Origin: Octopus vulgaris
Taxonomy: Eukaryota
Assembly: GCA_951406725.2 (NCBI GenBank)
Contig: OX597830.1
Span: 17,670,001 to 17,734,000 of the forward strand
DNA: 64,000 nucleotides
Reading direction: 5' to 3'
Part shown: piece after piece, positions 1 through 13,268 of the stretch
Layout of the letters: each line of letters opens with the position of its first letter
How positions within the stretch are numbered: position 1 is the stretch's first letter
Position numbers and translations under genes: made by a program
Notes under the pieces: generated by a model
The model's database searches: none
What the model was told of the DNA's origin: nothing
What the model saw: the letters and a program-made list of their open reading frames with translations, nothing else

Positions 1-360
1 CAACCACATGGTTCCGGGTTCAGTCCCACTGCGTGGCATCTTGGGCAAGTGTCTTCTGCTATAGCCCCGGGCCGACCAATACCTTGTGAGTGGATTTGGT
101 AGACGGAAACTGAAAGAAGCCTGTGTATATATGAATATATATATATGTATGTGTGTGTGTTTGTCCCCCTAGCATTGCTTGACTACCGATGCTGGTGTGT
201 TTACGTCCCCGTCACTTAGCGGTTCGGTAAAAGAGACCGATAGAATAAGTACTGGGCTTACAAAGAATAAGTCCCGGGGTCGATTTGCTCGACTAAAGGC
301 GGTGCTCCAGCATGGCCGCAGTCAAATGACTGAAACAAGTAAAAGAGAAAAAAGAGAGAG
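1..360 (+). mobile_element. tRNA-derived SINE, family A (cut by window start)
   Basis: B-box-like GGTTCAGTCCC, body TTGGGCAAGTGTCTTCT, internal (TA/TG)n, tail GGCGGTGCTCCAGCATGGCCGCAGTCAAATGACTGAAAC; multiple copies in window. Confidence 0.85.
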
Positions 361-552
361 AAATATCTGTATATATATGTATATATATGTGTGTGTGTGT
401 ATATATGTGCTTTTGTGGCTATAAGGGTCTTTGACTCTTGTTTCTAGCAATGTGCGTGCTACCCTGCACCCTCGGTCTCTATTAGGGACAGCCGAATTAT
501 TCCTGTTTGGCTTTAAATTGCCTTCTAGCCAACTTCATTATTTCTTTATATA

Positions 553-738
553 GGCGTGGCTGTGTGGTAAGAAGATTGCTTCCTAAGCACATGGTTCTGG
601 GTTGAGTTCCGCTGCGTGGGGCCTTAGGCAAGTGTCTTCTTCTATAGTCTCGGGCCGACCAACGCATTGTGAGCGGATTTGGTCGATAGAAACTGAAACA
701 AGCCTATCATATATATATATGACTGAAACAAGTAAAAA
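553..738 (+). mobile_element. SINE family A, internally deleted copy
   Basis: GGCGTGGCTGTGTGGTAAG head joined through (TA)n to TGACTGAAACAAG tail. Confidence 0.8.
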
Positions 739-1450
739 GAAAAAAAAAAGAAAAAAGTGATTGTTCTACCTTTTAGTGGCAGCAAATATTATTTCATTAA
801 ACAAAAAAAAACTCGTTCTTGTCTGGTCTTTAATGTACACTTATTCATCCGCGTTTTTCACATACATGCTGCTGACAACTGAACAACTGGGTTATTTCTT
901 TAATTCTCTAATCTCATTTTCATTTTAATTTATAGATGTGTGTTTGCTTCTGTGTTTGTGAGTGTGTGTGTGTGTGTGCATGTTTGGGTGTGTGGGTGTA
1001 TGTGATGAAATTATATATAAGGTATATCATAAACATTATTATAAAAAAAGTAAAAATAACACTGAATTGTATTTTCTTGTCTGTGAGCAACGTGATATGT
1101 CATCAGTTCTTTGTATTTCTTGCCTTATTTAACATGATATCTACTCTCTCTCTCTCTCGTAATCCCCATCTTTCTTTTTCATTCCTCTTTCTCAGTACAT
1201 TATTTTTTTATCTTTTCATCTTTGCTGCTTCTATTCAAGCTTTCTCCACACTTTCTCTATTTCTCTCTCTCTCTCTCTCTCTCTCTTTCTGTCCGTCTGT
1301 CTGTCTCTCTCTGTCTGCCTCTCTCTCCCTCACTCACTCTTTCATTATATTTTTACTTTCTTCTCCCAAATGCTCTTTTAATTCTCTTTCTTCTCTTTCC
1401 ACTTTTTTCAGAAATACTCTTTTACGTATTATTATAAATGAAGGTCCCAC

Positions 1451-1660
1451 CGCGGCGAACTGGCAGAATCGTTAGAATGCCGGGCATAATGCTTAGCAGC
1501 ATTTCGCCCGTTTTAAATTCTGAGCTCAAATTCTACCGAGGTCGACTTTGCCTTTTCATCTTATCGAGGTCGATAAAATAAATACAAGTCAAGCACTGGG
1601 ATCGATACAATCGACTCACTCCTAACCCGACATTGCTGGCCTTGTATTAAAATTTGAAAT
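1451..1660 (+). mobile_element. tRNA-derived SINE, family B
   Basis: GCGAACTGGCAGAATCGTTAG head, GAGCTCAAATTC B-box-like, GAGGTCGACTTTGCCTTTTCATC core. Confidence 0.8.
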
Positions 1661-1680
1661 CATTATTAATGAAGGTCTTG

Positions 1681-1897
1681 GGTGGCGTGCTAGCAGAATC
1701 ACTAGCACGCCGAGGAAAATGCTTAGTGGCATTTCGTCCGTCGTTCCGTTCTAAGTTCAACTTCCGCCGAGGTCGATTTTACCTTTTATCCTTTCGGGGT
1801 GGGTAAAATAAATACTAACCAAGTACTGAGGTTGATATAGTCGGCTAGCCCCACTCCTCAAAATTCCAGGCTATTTATGCCTTTAGGAGAAAGAATG
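1681..1897 (+). mobile_element. SINE family B
   Basis: Diverged copy directly after the previous one. Confidence 0.75.
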
Positions 1898-2059
1898 ATT
1901 GATGAAAGTCTATATTGTAGTTTGATCACTATTAAAGATTATTCCTTTGAAACATCAATTTTATTTTGATACTGAAAAAGTGATGAGAATCGAACATTAG
2001 AATATCTCAGGTTTATTTTATTTCCTTAGTTATTTTGCTTTTTAAAAAATGATTGTATG

Positions 2060-2345
2060 TTTGGTCTGGTGGAAGAGGCGGTGGCCTTGATCTTCAAAGA
2101 CCTTCTGAGATTCTTGAAAATGACGATGTTCATGTTCCGCCTGAACTGTTTCACGTCGATGTCTGCAGGAATAAAGTAAACATGCGCTGAGGGTCAACGT
2201 TCTGAAGAGCAAGAAGTGTGCGGAGTGGTTAGCGCGGGGTCTGGGGAGCTGGACACCATATAGATGGGAAGTGGAGTAGAAATGAATAAACCGTGCTTGA
2301 CTGAGTGGAGTGGTAGGTGACCAACCAATTCTGAGGAGCAAATAT
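2060..2345 (-). mobile_element. Degenerate LINE ORF2 C-terminal fragment (Jockey/CR1-group-like)
   Basis: Frameshifted peptide CSSELV..SHLYGVQLPRPRANHSAHFLLFRT..FIPADIDVKQFRRNMN resembles LINE C-terminal FF.RT..LWN.LP..FK motif. Confidence 0.5.
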
Positions 2346-2379
2346 CTCTATAGCGTTATAATATTACTTACACCATATT

Positions 2380-2598
2380 AAGGCGACGAGCTGGCAGAAT
2401 CGTTACTACGTCGGACATCTCGCTTAGTGGCATTTCGTCCGTCTTTACGCTCTGAGTTCAAATTCCGTCGAGGTCGACTTTACTTTTTATCCTTTCGGAG
2501 TCGATAAAATGAGTACCAGTTGAGAACTGGGGTCATTGTGATCAACTAGTCTTCTCCCCACGATTTTCTGGCCGTATACCAAACTTTGAAGTCATTAT
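2380..2598 (+). mobile_element. SINE family B
   Basis: AAGGCGACGAGCTGGCAGAATCGTTA head and conserved core. Confidence 0.85.
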
Positions 2599-3859
2599 TA
2601 ATTACTCCACGCTGAAGTTGCGTTCTTTGTTTTTAAAGTAATACTCGACTTAGTATTTTTAAAGTAATACTCGATGCTAACTTCTTTGACAAACTCATTT
2701 ATTTTTTTATTATTTGCTTTTATATTTTCAGATTATTTTGGCATTTTTCTCGATTTTTTTTCGTTTTTTTTTCCTACTTCACTATAATTATATACTGATT
2801 TTGCCTTGCTTCCGTATAGTAAATCATAAATGCCAACATGCTGAGTACATGTATTTCCTATGGATATATCTATAAAGTTAGCATACTCTCTGTAGTAGAG
2901 ATGAAGTGTTCAACCACCATGTATCTTTCTGAAGATTAATCTGTTGGTTTCCATACCAGAACTTCTCTATATCTGCGTATACATACGCATATATATTTAT
3001 TTATATAAATTTTGTATGTGTATATTTTATTTGTGCGTTACTATTGATGTAATGTCTATTATATGACTAAGAACATTATGAAACCTATGGAAAAAAACGA
3101 ATATTCCTGCACACCATTTCTCTTATCTATTCTATTTATATAAATTCCCTCACCACTGTACTTTCTGGATTTTAAGAACGACGCTAAGGTTTACCCTAAC
3201 CTCTACCCTGGGCGTTCTTGTTAGCCATGCAACTGGCGGAGAGCTTAATGTGGGATCTATTTGATTCTTTGAATCCTTATTACTAATATATAAAAATTTG
3301 TGTGTATGTATGTATGTCTCTCTCTCTCCCTCTCTCTTTGTATATATATGAATGTGTGAGTATGTGTGTATGTGTGTGTGTGTGTGTGTGTGCGTACGTA
3401 GGTAATATGAAATATGTCGTATGTAAATTGCTCTATCCAATAGTATTACACTGTTAAACTTAGTGAGTATTCAAGCAATATGTCCGCGGATAGTTGATGG
3501 GTTGGGTGTTGTGCTGACGAAAGTGCAATGACTTTTGAAATGTGTATATACATCCATTACTTATTTTTCTAAATTTGTTCACAGAGCTGGTTCTGAATTC
3601 TGTAGAAAATCTGTGAGGTTAAACTTTTATATATAAGTTCTGTGGTCGATTTGTTCGACTAAAACTTTTTATGGTGGTGCCCCAGCTTTGCCGCATTCCA
3701 GTGATTAAAATAAGTAAAAAGCAAAAAAAAACAAAACACACACACACACACACACAGTGTGATTCTACGTCTTCTATAAAGATTTCTATTTATTAATCGA
3801 TATTATACATACGTCAACAGGAAAAGCAGTGATGGATGCGGTTGTGATAAGTAGTGAGT

Positions 3860-3972
3860 GGTAGGGGTGGTGGAGGTGATGGTGGTGGAGGAGGAGGATG
3901 TGGTGGTGGTGGTGGTGGTGGTGGTGGTGGTGGTAGTGGTGGTGGTTTTGGTGGTGGTGGTGGTGGAGGTGG
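3860..3972. repeat. (GGT)n microsatellite
   Basis: Direct inspection. Confidence 0.9.
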
Positions 3973-4494
3973 TATCTGTGTATGTGTGTGTGTGCGTCTG
4001 TGGGGAAGAGTGAGTTTTGGTTGAAGCTTTGGTTTTGGTCTTGGGATATCGTGTTCCAGTGCATAAGCAAGAAATTACTACACGGACAAGTAATCAAGTT
4101 TTGGCTAATAATAACTTTGCTTTCTCGTTAATCCTGTCACACCACGCAATGACGTAGATCAACGACTTACAACAACGTAACGAATAACGCTGTGTCAGCA
4201 TGGTTTAGAGGGTCTGACGATGGACTAAGTATATTTTTAGACTTAGTTCGAATGGGAGGGCGACGGTACTCAAAATCTTTCAGAGCCCTCTTGACAAGGA
4301 AAATTGATGCGTCCGATGCTCAACCTGAGTACCTGCACTGCAATGTATGTTGAGAAGAGAACACGGCATGGTCGAGTTTTTCGGAAGTTCGCATTGAAAC
4401 CACGAAACCTCGAGTTTGATCCTGTTACTTGGTTTCTGTGGCGAGTGTCTTTTACCATTAGCTTGGGTTACCTCCAAGCCGTGTGAGTTAAATT

Positions 4495-4794
4495 ATTTTA
4501 TTTATTTATACGCCCTTTCCAAGCCTAGCCAGGCTCATGGGCCCGGTTTCCCGATTTCTGTGGCGTATGTGTTCCCCCCAGATGGACGAGACGCCAGTCC
4601 ATCGCAGCGTTACTCAAGAAACAGGAAGAGAGAGTGAGAGAAAGTTGGGGCGAAAGAGTACAACAGGGGTCGCCACTACCCCCTGCCTGAGCCTCGTGGA
4701 GCTTTAGGTGTTTTCACTCAATAAACACACACAACGCCCGGTCTGGGAATCGAAACCGCGATCCTCCGTCCGCGAGTCCGCTGCCCTAACCACT
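4495..4794 (-). mobile_element. tRNA(Arg)-like SINE, family D (5' clipped)
   Basis: Reverse complement reads AGTGGTTAGGGCAGCGGACTCGCG..GTTTCGATTCCC..CTGCGATGGACTGGCGTC..(ATAA)n. Confidence 0.85.
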
Positions 4795-4838
4795 AAAGTC
4801 TATAACTACCTGAAATGATTAATATGTTCATATACGTG

Positions 4839-5151
4839 TTTATTATTTATGCGCCCCTTTCAAGCCTAGCCAGGTTCATGGGCCCGGTTTCCCGGTTTCT
4901 ATGGCGTATGTGTTCCCCCCAGCTGGACGGGACACCAGTCCATCGCAGCATTACTCAAGAAACAGGAAGAAAGAGTGAGAGAAGGTTGGGGCGAAAGAGT
5001 ACAACAGGGGTCGCCACTACCCCCTGCCTGAGCCTCGTGGAGCTTTAGGTGTTTTCGCTCAATAAACACACACAACGCCCGGTCTGGGAATCGAAACCGC
5101 GATCCTCCGACCGCGAGTCTGCTGCTCTGACCACTGGGCCATTGCGCCTCC
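4839..5151 (-). mobile_element. SINE family D, full length
   Basis: GGAGGCGCAATGGCCCAGTGG head at 5151; same body as the neighbouring copy. Confidence 0.9.
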
Positions 5152-5948
5152 GTGAATTAAATTGGGAAGATGAAAACTATGCGAAGACTGTCAGCTTTTA
5201 TAGCCGTAACCTTAAGTACCGTTTTTGTCACACTCTATGTCGCGCTGGTTCTGATTGAGAACTACGTGTAGAAGGTTATTATACCAGTCTGTGGGATACT
5301 GAAGTGTGTATACAGTAATTCACTGACTTGGTAGATTAAAAACACTGAATACTCATCGTCGAAACCGATGGCGATTTATTTATATATGCTGGGAAAACGT
5401 CGAAAGAAAGGAAATTTAGACCTAGATCGAATACAGGAAAAAGTATAAACACTTGACTAAAGGTCCTCAGTGATTAAGTAGTATTGTAGTTATCGGCGTT
5501 GTTGGTGACCTTATTGTTTAACTCAGGTCATCCAGTATTTATGATCAAAGGTGTTTCACCCTAGTTGTCTCTTTTTAAGGGCATCTAGGATTTCCATTGC
5601 TTAATGCATCATCCTCTCCTTTTGAAAGCGGTAGTGTGTGATTTGTGGATATGTGCTGCTGTGAACTGATAGAGCAGGAATCGAAGCTGCGTTTTAGATG
5701 CTTGCTACAGACTGAACTCTGCCAAAGATATCAAAGGTTTGGGTAACGGCGCTTAAGTGGGAGCCATGTTGGATATGTCATTGTGGATTACTGGGTTTGT
5801 TGCTCTAGGCTATATCAGTCTTCTTCCGGGTAGTGATGTTATTCTTCTTTCATTTAAGAGACACAGATCATTCAATCGACAACAATACTTTGATATCTAT
5901 TCTATCGATCCCGTAACTGACGAAATGTATATCGTACAGAAAAACCAC

Positions 5949-5986
<38 letters not shown>

Positions 5987-5988
<2 letters not shown>

Positions 5989-6147
5989 CGCAGGAGTGGC
6001 TGTGTGGTAAGTAGCTTGCTTACCAACCACATGGTTCCGGGCCCAGTCCCACTGCGTGGCCTTTTGGATAAGCGTCTTCAACTTTAGCCTCGGGCCGGCC
6101 AAAGCCTTGTGAGTGGATTTGGTAGACGGAAACTGAAAGAAGCCCTG

Positions 6148-6197
<50 letters not shown>

Positions 6198-6387
6198 GTA
6201 TATGCCTGTGTGTCTGTGTTTGTTCCCCCACCATCGCTTGACAAACGATCTTGCTGTGTTTACGTCCTCGTAACTTAGCAGTTCGGCAAAATAGACCGAT
6301 ACTTATTACAAACGATAAGTCCTGAGGTTAATTTGTTCGACTAAAGGCGGTGCTCCAGCATGGCCACAGTCAAATGACTGAAACAAA
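5987..6387 (+). mobile_element. SINE family A, full length, in (TA)n
   Basis: GGCGCAGGAGTGGCTGTGTGGTAAG head, internal (TA)n, TGACTGAAACAA tail. Confidence 0.9.
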
Positions 6388-6417
6388 TATATATATATAT
6401 ATTTAAAAATATGTATG

Positions 6418-6448
<31 letters not shown>

Positions 6449-6465
6449 GTATATATATATGTATC

Positions 6466-6496
<31 letters not shown>

Positions 6497-6497
6497 G

Positions 6498-6578
<81 letters not shown>

Positions 6579-6838
6579 GTACAGCAGTTGCTTCCACACT
6601 GCTTCCGTATACAGAATACCATTAATAAAGTATTAGTCAAATTAAGACTATGGTAAAGTTCTACGCCAAATGAAGTAACCTTAACGAGGAACTTCAAAAG
6701 TATTGAGTTCTCATTTTCCCCCGGTTATAATTTCTTGGTCTGCAACAATCACCCTTGATAAGTGTTACAAATATGTAGAGAAGCACAGTATGTATTGTCG
6801 GCTGATTCATTGAAGAATGTCAACAGAATGTGAGACTA

Positions 6839-7125
6839 AATATTGGGATACTATACAGCACCAATATCGTCTGATAAATATACAAGATATTTATAGGATA
6901 TTAAATGAAACGATTATAAATGCAGAAACCATGTTATATCATTATCAACTGCCATAACATATTAACTGAAAGTGTTAAGAAATATTGGGACACTATACAA
7001 TATCAAAGCCGTCTGCTAAATGCATACGATATTAATAGGATATTATTAACTGGAAGGGTTATAAATATAAGGATATTATCCTAGATTATTATCCACTGCT
7101 ATAGGACACTAACTAAAATGGCTAT
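6839..7125. repeat. Diverged tandem duplication, period about 142 bp
   Basis: AATATTGGGA(T/C)ACTATACA at 6839 and 6981, followed by co-linear CGTCTG.TAAAT..GATATT.ATAGGATATTA. Confidence 0.7.
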
Positions 7126-7259
7126 TGCTATATCGATGTCGGTAACTAATATGAACTGAAAGATAATCACATTTCGATTTATCCAACTATTCCGTGGATT
7201 ATTTTCATAGCTATCAGTTTAGTAGCGGCATTCAATAGAATTCATTTACGTAATTGAAC

Positions 7260-7323
<64 letters not shown>

Positions 7324-7542
7324 CCTTCTTTCTTCACCAGAAGACAATTTTGTTAATGTAAAAATAAACGCACAATCACTAGCAAAACGCACATCCACAA
7401 CATAGAACCACTCATATACACACAAACACAAATACACGTGCGTGCGTGCACACGTATACATACATACACACACACACATACATACATACATACATACATA
7501 CACACATACATACATACATACATACATACATACATACATACA

Positions 7543-7574
<32 letters not shown>

Positions 7575-7909
7575 ACAGAACGTATGAGATTATCTTAATA
7601 GGATTTTCATGTAATCTCCTTTATTGAATGAAACATACGACGTAGTTTCTGCAAAGACCAGCAGCACGGCAGCACATCCAAAAGTGATGTTTAAACTACA
7701 ATCGGTAACTGATACGAGGGTATTCACCAAAAGTGGTATTTGAGGAGTATGCCACAACAATGATATCCACAGTAACCTATACTATAGATTACAATAGAGA
7801 AATGGTTGAGGTGTAGAGGTAGCAAAAATAATCGAGAATTAGGATGTAGCGACGATTTTTCAGCTTTTTTAAGAGTGCAGACTAAACATCTGGAAGTGTG
7901 AATTTGTAG

Positions 7910-7996
<87 letters not shown>

Positions 7997-8009
7997 CACA
8001 CACATATAT

Positions 8010-8458
8010 ATACACGGAGCGATAAATTTCGCAAAAATGAAAATAACACTATCATCTCATTTTAACAGATGTATTTACCAAAATTATATAAAAATATCCT
8101 GAAATACTAAAGAGTAACTTTATTTAATAAAATCGCCATTGGTTTCTACCACGGCCTCCCGACGACTTCGGAATCTCCGGCAACGCTTCTGGATGGTGTC
8201 CTTTTTTAAGTTGGTAAATGCTGCCATAATCCTTGCCTTCAGTTCATATTTGGCGTTACAAGGAGTTTTGTTGGTCTCTCGCTCAACTGCACGTCACACA
8301 TAATAATTAAGGGGATGCCATCTGGGGAGTTAGGTGACCAGATGTTAGGGGTGATGTGGTCGCAGAAGTTGTCTGACAGTCATAACTGGGTTCTCCTGCT
8401 TGTGTGGTATGGTGCAGAGTCCTGTTGCCAGACATAGGGTCTTCCAGAAGCCATGTAG
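8010..8458 (-). mobile_element. Tc1/mariner-superfamily transposase C-terminal remnant
   Basis: WQQDSAPYHTSRRTQ and HITPNIWSPNSPD..PLNYYV motifs covering the last two catalytic residues; frameshifted. Confidence 0.8.
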
Positions 8459-8491
8459 GTAGTTAAGTGGGAAGGTAGGCATATAGGTAGG

Positions 8492-8545
<54 letters not shown>

Positions 8546-8554
8546 TATAGATAA

Positions 8555-8785
8555 AGGTGGGTAGCTGGTAGGAACGTTAGCACGCCGGGTGAAACGCTTA
8601 TCGGTATTTCGTCTGCCGCTACGTTCTGAGTTCAAATTCCGCCGAGGTCGACTTTGCCTTTCATCCTTTCGGGGTCGATTAAATAAGTACCAGTTACGCA
8701 CTGGGGTCGATATAATCGACTTAATCCGTTTGTCTGTCGTTGTTTGTCCTCTCTGTGTTTAGCCCCTTGTGGGTAGTAAAGAAAC
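8555..8785 (+). mobile_element. SINE family B, long-tail form
   Basis: Core plus TTAATCCGTTTGTCTGT..CCCCTTGTGGGTAGTAAAGAAA tail. Confidence 0.9.
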
Positions 8786-9003
8786 AAGATGGATGGATGG
8801 ATAGATAGATAGGACAGAAGCAACAACAACAATGACGATCACTTAGAACAGCACCGAGAGATTCAGAACTCTGAAAATATTGGAGTACAGAACAATAATA
8901 ACAATAACAACAACGATGATAATGAAGCGTGAACAGCAATAAAAAAAACGGAGTAGATCATTTACGGCAAAGATAACACAAAAACAGACAACGCCAACAG
9001 AAT

Positions 9004-9125
9004 GAAGGCGCAATGGCCTAGTGGTTAGGGCAGCGGACTCGCGGTCGTAAGAACGCGGTTTCGATTTCCAGACATTGTGAGTGTTTATTAAGCAAAAACA
9101 CCTAAGCTCCACGAGGCTCCGACGA
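9004..9125 (+). mobile_element. SINE family D head fragment
   Basis: GGCGCAATGGCCTAGTGGTTAGGGCAGCGGACTCGCGG. Confidence 0.8.
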
Positions 9126-9847
9126 GCGGGGTCTATCGCGTGTGGTGGGTGAATCTTCAAGTTGCTGCACGCATTCTTAGTAGCTTAGAGTAGGCTCGAA
9201 TTAGAGATTATTCTTCGTGGGTAATGGCGTGAGTCCTGACTGGAAGAAGAAGAAGAAAGAAGAAAACACCAAGGGAGGAGGTGATGGACAGTGAGCAAGT
9301 AAAAGAGGTTTGTTCTATATGATGTGAAAACAGAGAGAAGGGGCGGGCGAGAGATGATTATTATGGCGTCATTGAAGCAAATTTTCCAGCTTTCAACTCT
9401 TGGTGTCAGTTCAGTGTTGGCGTGAGTTGTTTAGATTGCACATGGATGATATTTGATTGTTGAAGGAATGAAGGGTTGCAAAATAACAAGCAAAATATTT
9501 CTCACATAATACCCTATATTGAAAAGAGGATACATTGGATGTGGTTTGGAGTACACAGAGTAATAAAAAATTGTGTTGCTCACAAATGGAGCTTCCTTCA
9601 CTATAGATTTGTTCGATCAGGCTTAACTTGAGGAGCTACAGTTGGTGCAACTTGGCGAACGACTTTGTACCAACCAATGTGGTGGCCTTTCATTACATGT
9701 GCGTTATGATTTATGTTTGTAGTTATAGCACCGTCCTAGGTGTGGAAGCATAATTCCTAATTCCATTGGGGGACTCAATTGACGTTTTTAAAGGTTAAGA
9801 AAATTATATCAGTCTGAAGAGGAAAGTCAGTTTGAAGCGGAAGGTTA

Positions 9848-10150
9848 GTCTGCCGCTACGTTCTGAGTTCAAATTCCGCCGAGGTCGACTTTGCCTTTCA
9901 TCATTTCGGGGTCGATTAAATAAGTACCAGTTACGCACTGGGGCCGATATAATCGACTTAATCCGTTTGTCTGTCCTTGTTTATCCTCTCTGTGTTTAAC
10001 CCCTTGTGGGTAGTAAAGAAATAGGTATTTTGTCTGTCTGAGTTCAAATTTCGCCGAGGTCGACTTTGCTTTTCATCCTTTCGGGGTCGATAAATTAAGT
10101 ATCAGTTACGTACTGGGTTCAATCTAATCGACTGGTTCCCTCTCTCAAAA
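9848..10150 (+). mobile_element. SINE family B body dimer without head
   Basis: Two tandem bodies. Confidence 0.85.
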
Positions 10151-10612
10151 TCATATGATTAGGAACAGTTCGAATGGCGGGAGGTTTGAATGCTGTGCGG
10201 TGCTCATTATTGTGGTGGCATCAGTATATTATGTCGGAGGTTTTTGGAAGTATAATGACTGAGGCAATTTAAGTAGTAATACCCATTTTAGAAATTTTTG
10301 GAAGTGTTGATAAAGTATGTTACGACAATGTCGCAAGGGTTTCTTCACGCAGAAGTTGTGTACAAGTGTCATGGAGTTTTCAAATCAAAATGAGCCAAAC
10401 CAACTGTATAAAGTATCGTGTTGGAGATGACACTGCTTTTCAAACGGTGTTTAAGAAAATTGATCTGACAGCCAGCATTCGCAGGTTTCTCTGATAGCTT
10501 GAATTCTCTCACGATGGCAAATTTAGCCAGTCTCAGACGATAAGAATATATTATATATTACTTCAAGCAATGCGAAATACAAACATCACACACACACACA
10601 CGCGCGCGCGCG

Positions 10613-10667
<55 letters not shown>

Positions 10668-10816
10668 AAATATTTATTTAAATGATATGTAGAGATGCAT
10701 TAAGAGAAATATTAAATATACATATGGGTAACCGTTTAGCTTAAAGTGCTGATTTTTTCTCCATATTTCTATTTAATCTTATTCCAACTCCATTGGTGTT
10801 GCTTTCTAAATCACTG

Positions 10817-10860
<44 letters not shown>

Positions 10861-11109
10861 TGGACTCTCCCATCGTTTGCCCAGTTGATTTTTTATAGGG
10901 ATCAAATAATTCTGTTCACTCTCCCTATCAAATCGACATTACCTGTTCAGGTGCGACGTCCTGCATGTCAGATGACAAAATTATCGCAGAGTGATGTGAA
11001 ATGAATAACTTTGCTCAAAAATACAACGCAACACCCGGTCTGGGAATCGAAATCACGATCTCGCAATCGTGAAAGCAACACCCCAATCCTCTAGCCACGC
11101 GCCTTCAAA

Positions 11110-11228
<119 letters not shown>

Positions 11229-11532
11229 TATGTGTTTGTATATGTAATTTGTTTTGTGGGGTTGAAAATGCACCTGAATCTGAAACAATTGTAGTCGATT
11301 TTAAATATATTTATTCACATACCGAACGGGTTTCGACAGTTTTCTGTTTATCAATGGTACAAATACAAATACAAAAAAGGTTTTGGAGTGTTTAAAATTA
11401 GAAATCAAAAACTGGACAAACCATCAAGTGTTCAAATGTTCACAGAAATTTCAATGAGCGTCTCAGGGATAGATAGTAATATCAATGTAAATGTTAGGCC
11501 AAGATCAGAACAAATGTACATTATTCGTTTCT

Positions 11533-11690
11533 TCTCTAGGCACAAGGCCCGAAATTTCTGGGAAGGCGGTCAGTCGATTAGATCGACTTCAGTACGCAAT
11601 TGGTACTTAATTTATCGACCTCAAAAGGATGAAAGGCAAAGTCGACCTCGGCGGATTTGAACTCAGAACATAGCGACGGGCGAAATACAA
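11533..11690 (-). mobile_element. SINE family B fragment
   Basis: GGATGAAAGGCAAAGTCGACCTCGGCGGA on + strand is the reverse complement of the core. Confidence 0.8.
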
Positions 11691-11962
11691 CAAATATACA
11701 TTATTAATAGTTCAGTTATATTGAGTTTTTCTAAATTCAGATCCAGATGCATTTTCAAATTCCAAAACAGATTCTCCCATATTTATTTTATTCCTGCTTG
11801 GGAATACACGGATACACTTCTTCTTTCCACACAAATATCATTGCTATTTTGCAAAGGTGTCGTAAGTACAAAATGTTGATTTTTCAGAAAATGATAAAAA
11901 TAGTTTCACCATTCCATTTCATTTTACATTAGCAACAGTTTCAGCTTAACAATAAGACTTGG

Positions 11963-12555
11963 AAGGCTGACAGAAACGTTAGCACGCCGGGCGAAATGCT
12001 TTGTGGTATTTCGTCCGCCGCTGTGTTCTGAGTTCAAATTCCGCCGAGGTCGACTTTACCTTTCATCCTTTCGGGGTCGATAAATTAAGTACCAGTGATG
12101 CACTGGGGTAGATGTAATCGACTTAATCCGTTTGTCAGTCCTTGTTTCTCCTCTGTGTCTAGCCCCTTGTGGGTAATAAAGAAATAGGTATTTCGTCTGT
12201 CGTTACGTTCTGAGTTCAAATTCCGCCGAGGTCGACTTTACCTTTCATCCTTTCGGGGTCGATAAATTAAGTACCAGTGATGCACTGGGGTAGATGTAAT
12301 CGACTTAATCCCTTTGTCAGTCCTTGTTTGTCCCCTCTGTGTTTAGCCCCTTGTGGGTAGTAAAGAAATAAGTATTTCACTGCCGCTACGTTCAGAGGTC
12401 AAATTCCGCCGAGGTCGACTTTGCCTTTCATCCTTTCGGGGTCGATTAAATAAGTACCAGTTACGCACTGGGGTCGATGTAATCGAGTTAATCCCTTTGT
12501 TTGTCCTTGTTTGTCCCCTCTATGTTTAACCCCCTTGTGGGTAGTAAAGAAATAA
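11963..12555 (+). mobile_element. SINE family B: one head plus three tandem bodies of about 182 bp
   Basis: GTATTTC..GAAATAG unit repeats near 12007, 12188 and 12372. Confidence 0.9.
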
Positions 12556-12952
12556 ATATTTAGCCGCATTTCATCTGTTCTTATGTTCTACGTTCCAGTT
12601 CTTAACCTAGTCCTTCTCCCCCAAATCGTGAACCCTCTGAAATTCTTCCCTTACACATGTCTTTCTCGGTGGTATTGCTTTGCAAGCGTTCAAGAGGAAA
12701 ATTAATGGCGTCAATCTCAAGGATCTCGAAGAACAGACAAAGGCCCTGTGCACTGTTACTTCTTCCAGATAAATGTCCTCGTTCAGTTCAGTCGTATTTG
12801 AACTCATAACGTATACAGAAACCCAACTAAATGCAGTAGGGTGTTTTGTTGGGCGTTTTGTCTGACTCACCACTGATACCACCATTTGTTCGATGCTCCA
12901 GCATATCTCTCTGTTTACAGCTAAAACCATTTGTCTGATGCTCTTCTACATT

Positions 12953-13268
12953 CACCATTCCATCACCAATACTATCACGGCGACCACCACCACCACCACC
13001 ATAATCACCACCATCATCACCATAGTCATTACCATGACCATCATCATCATCATCATCGCCATCACTATCACCACCATGAGCATCATCACCACTATCATCA
13101 CCACCAACATCACCAACGACATTGTCACTACACTACCACCATCATCATCACAACCAGCAGCAGTAGCAATAGCACCATTACCACCACCACCACCACCACC
13201 ACCACTACCATTACCACCACCACCACCACCACCACCACCACCACACCTATCACCACCTCCATCATCTC
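12953..13268. repeat. (CAC/CAT)n low-complexity trinucleotide tract
   Basis: Direct inspection. Confidence 0.9.

Noticed and set aside
179-424. Repeated small ORF MTTDAGVFTSPS (also 32935 and, in part, 47256)
   Set aside because: Lies within SINE A; similarity reflects the repeat, not a gene family
4230-4480. GC-richer stretch as a host exon
   Set aside because: No recognisable protein in any frame and no clear splice sites
11963-12555. CRISPR-like regular repeats
   Set aside because: Units are whole SINE bodies without unique spacers; eukaryotic context, no cas genes
12607-12930. 107-aa minus-strand ORF
   Set aside because: No recognisable motif; cannot be supported as coding
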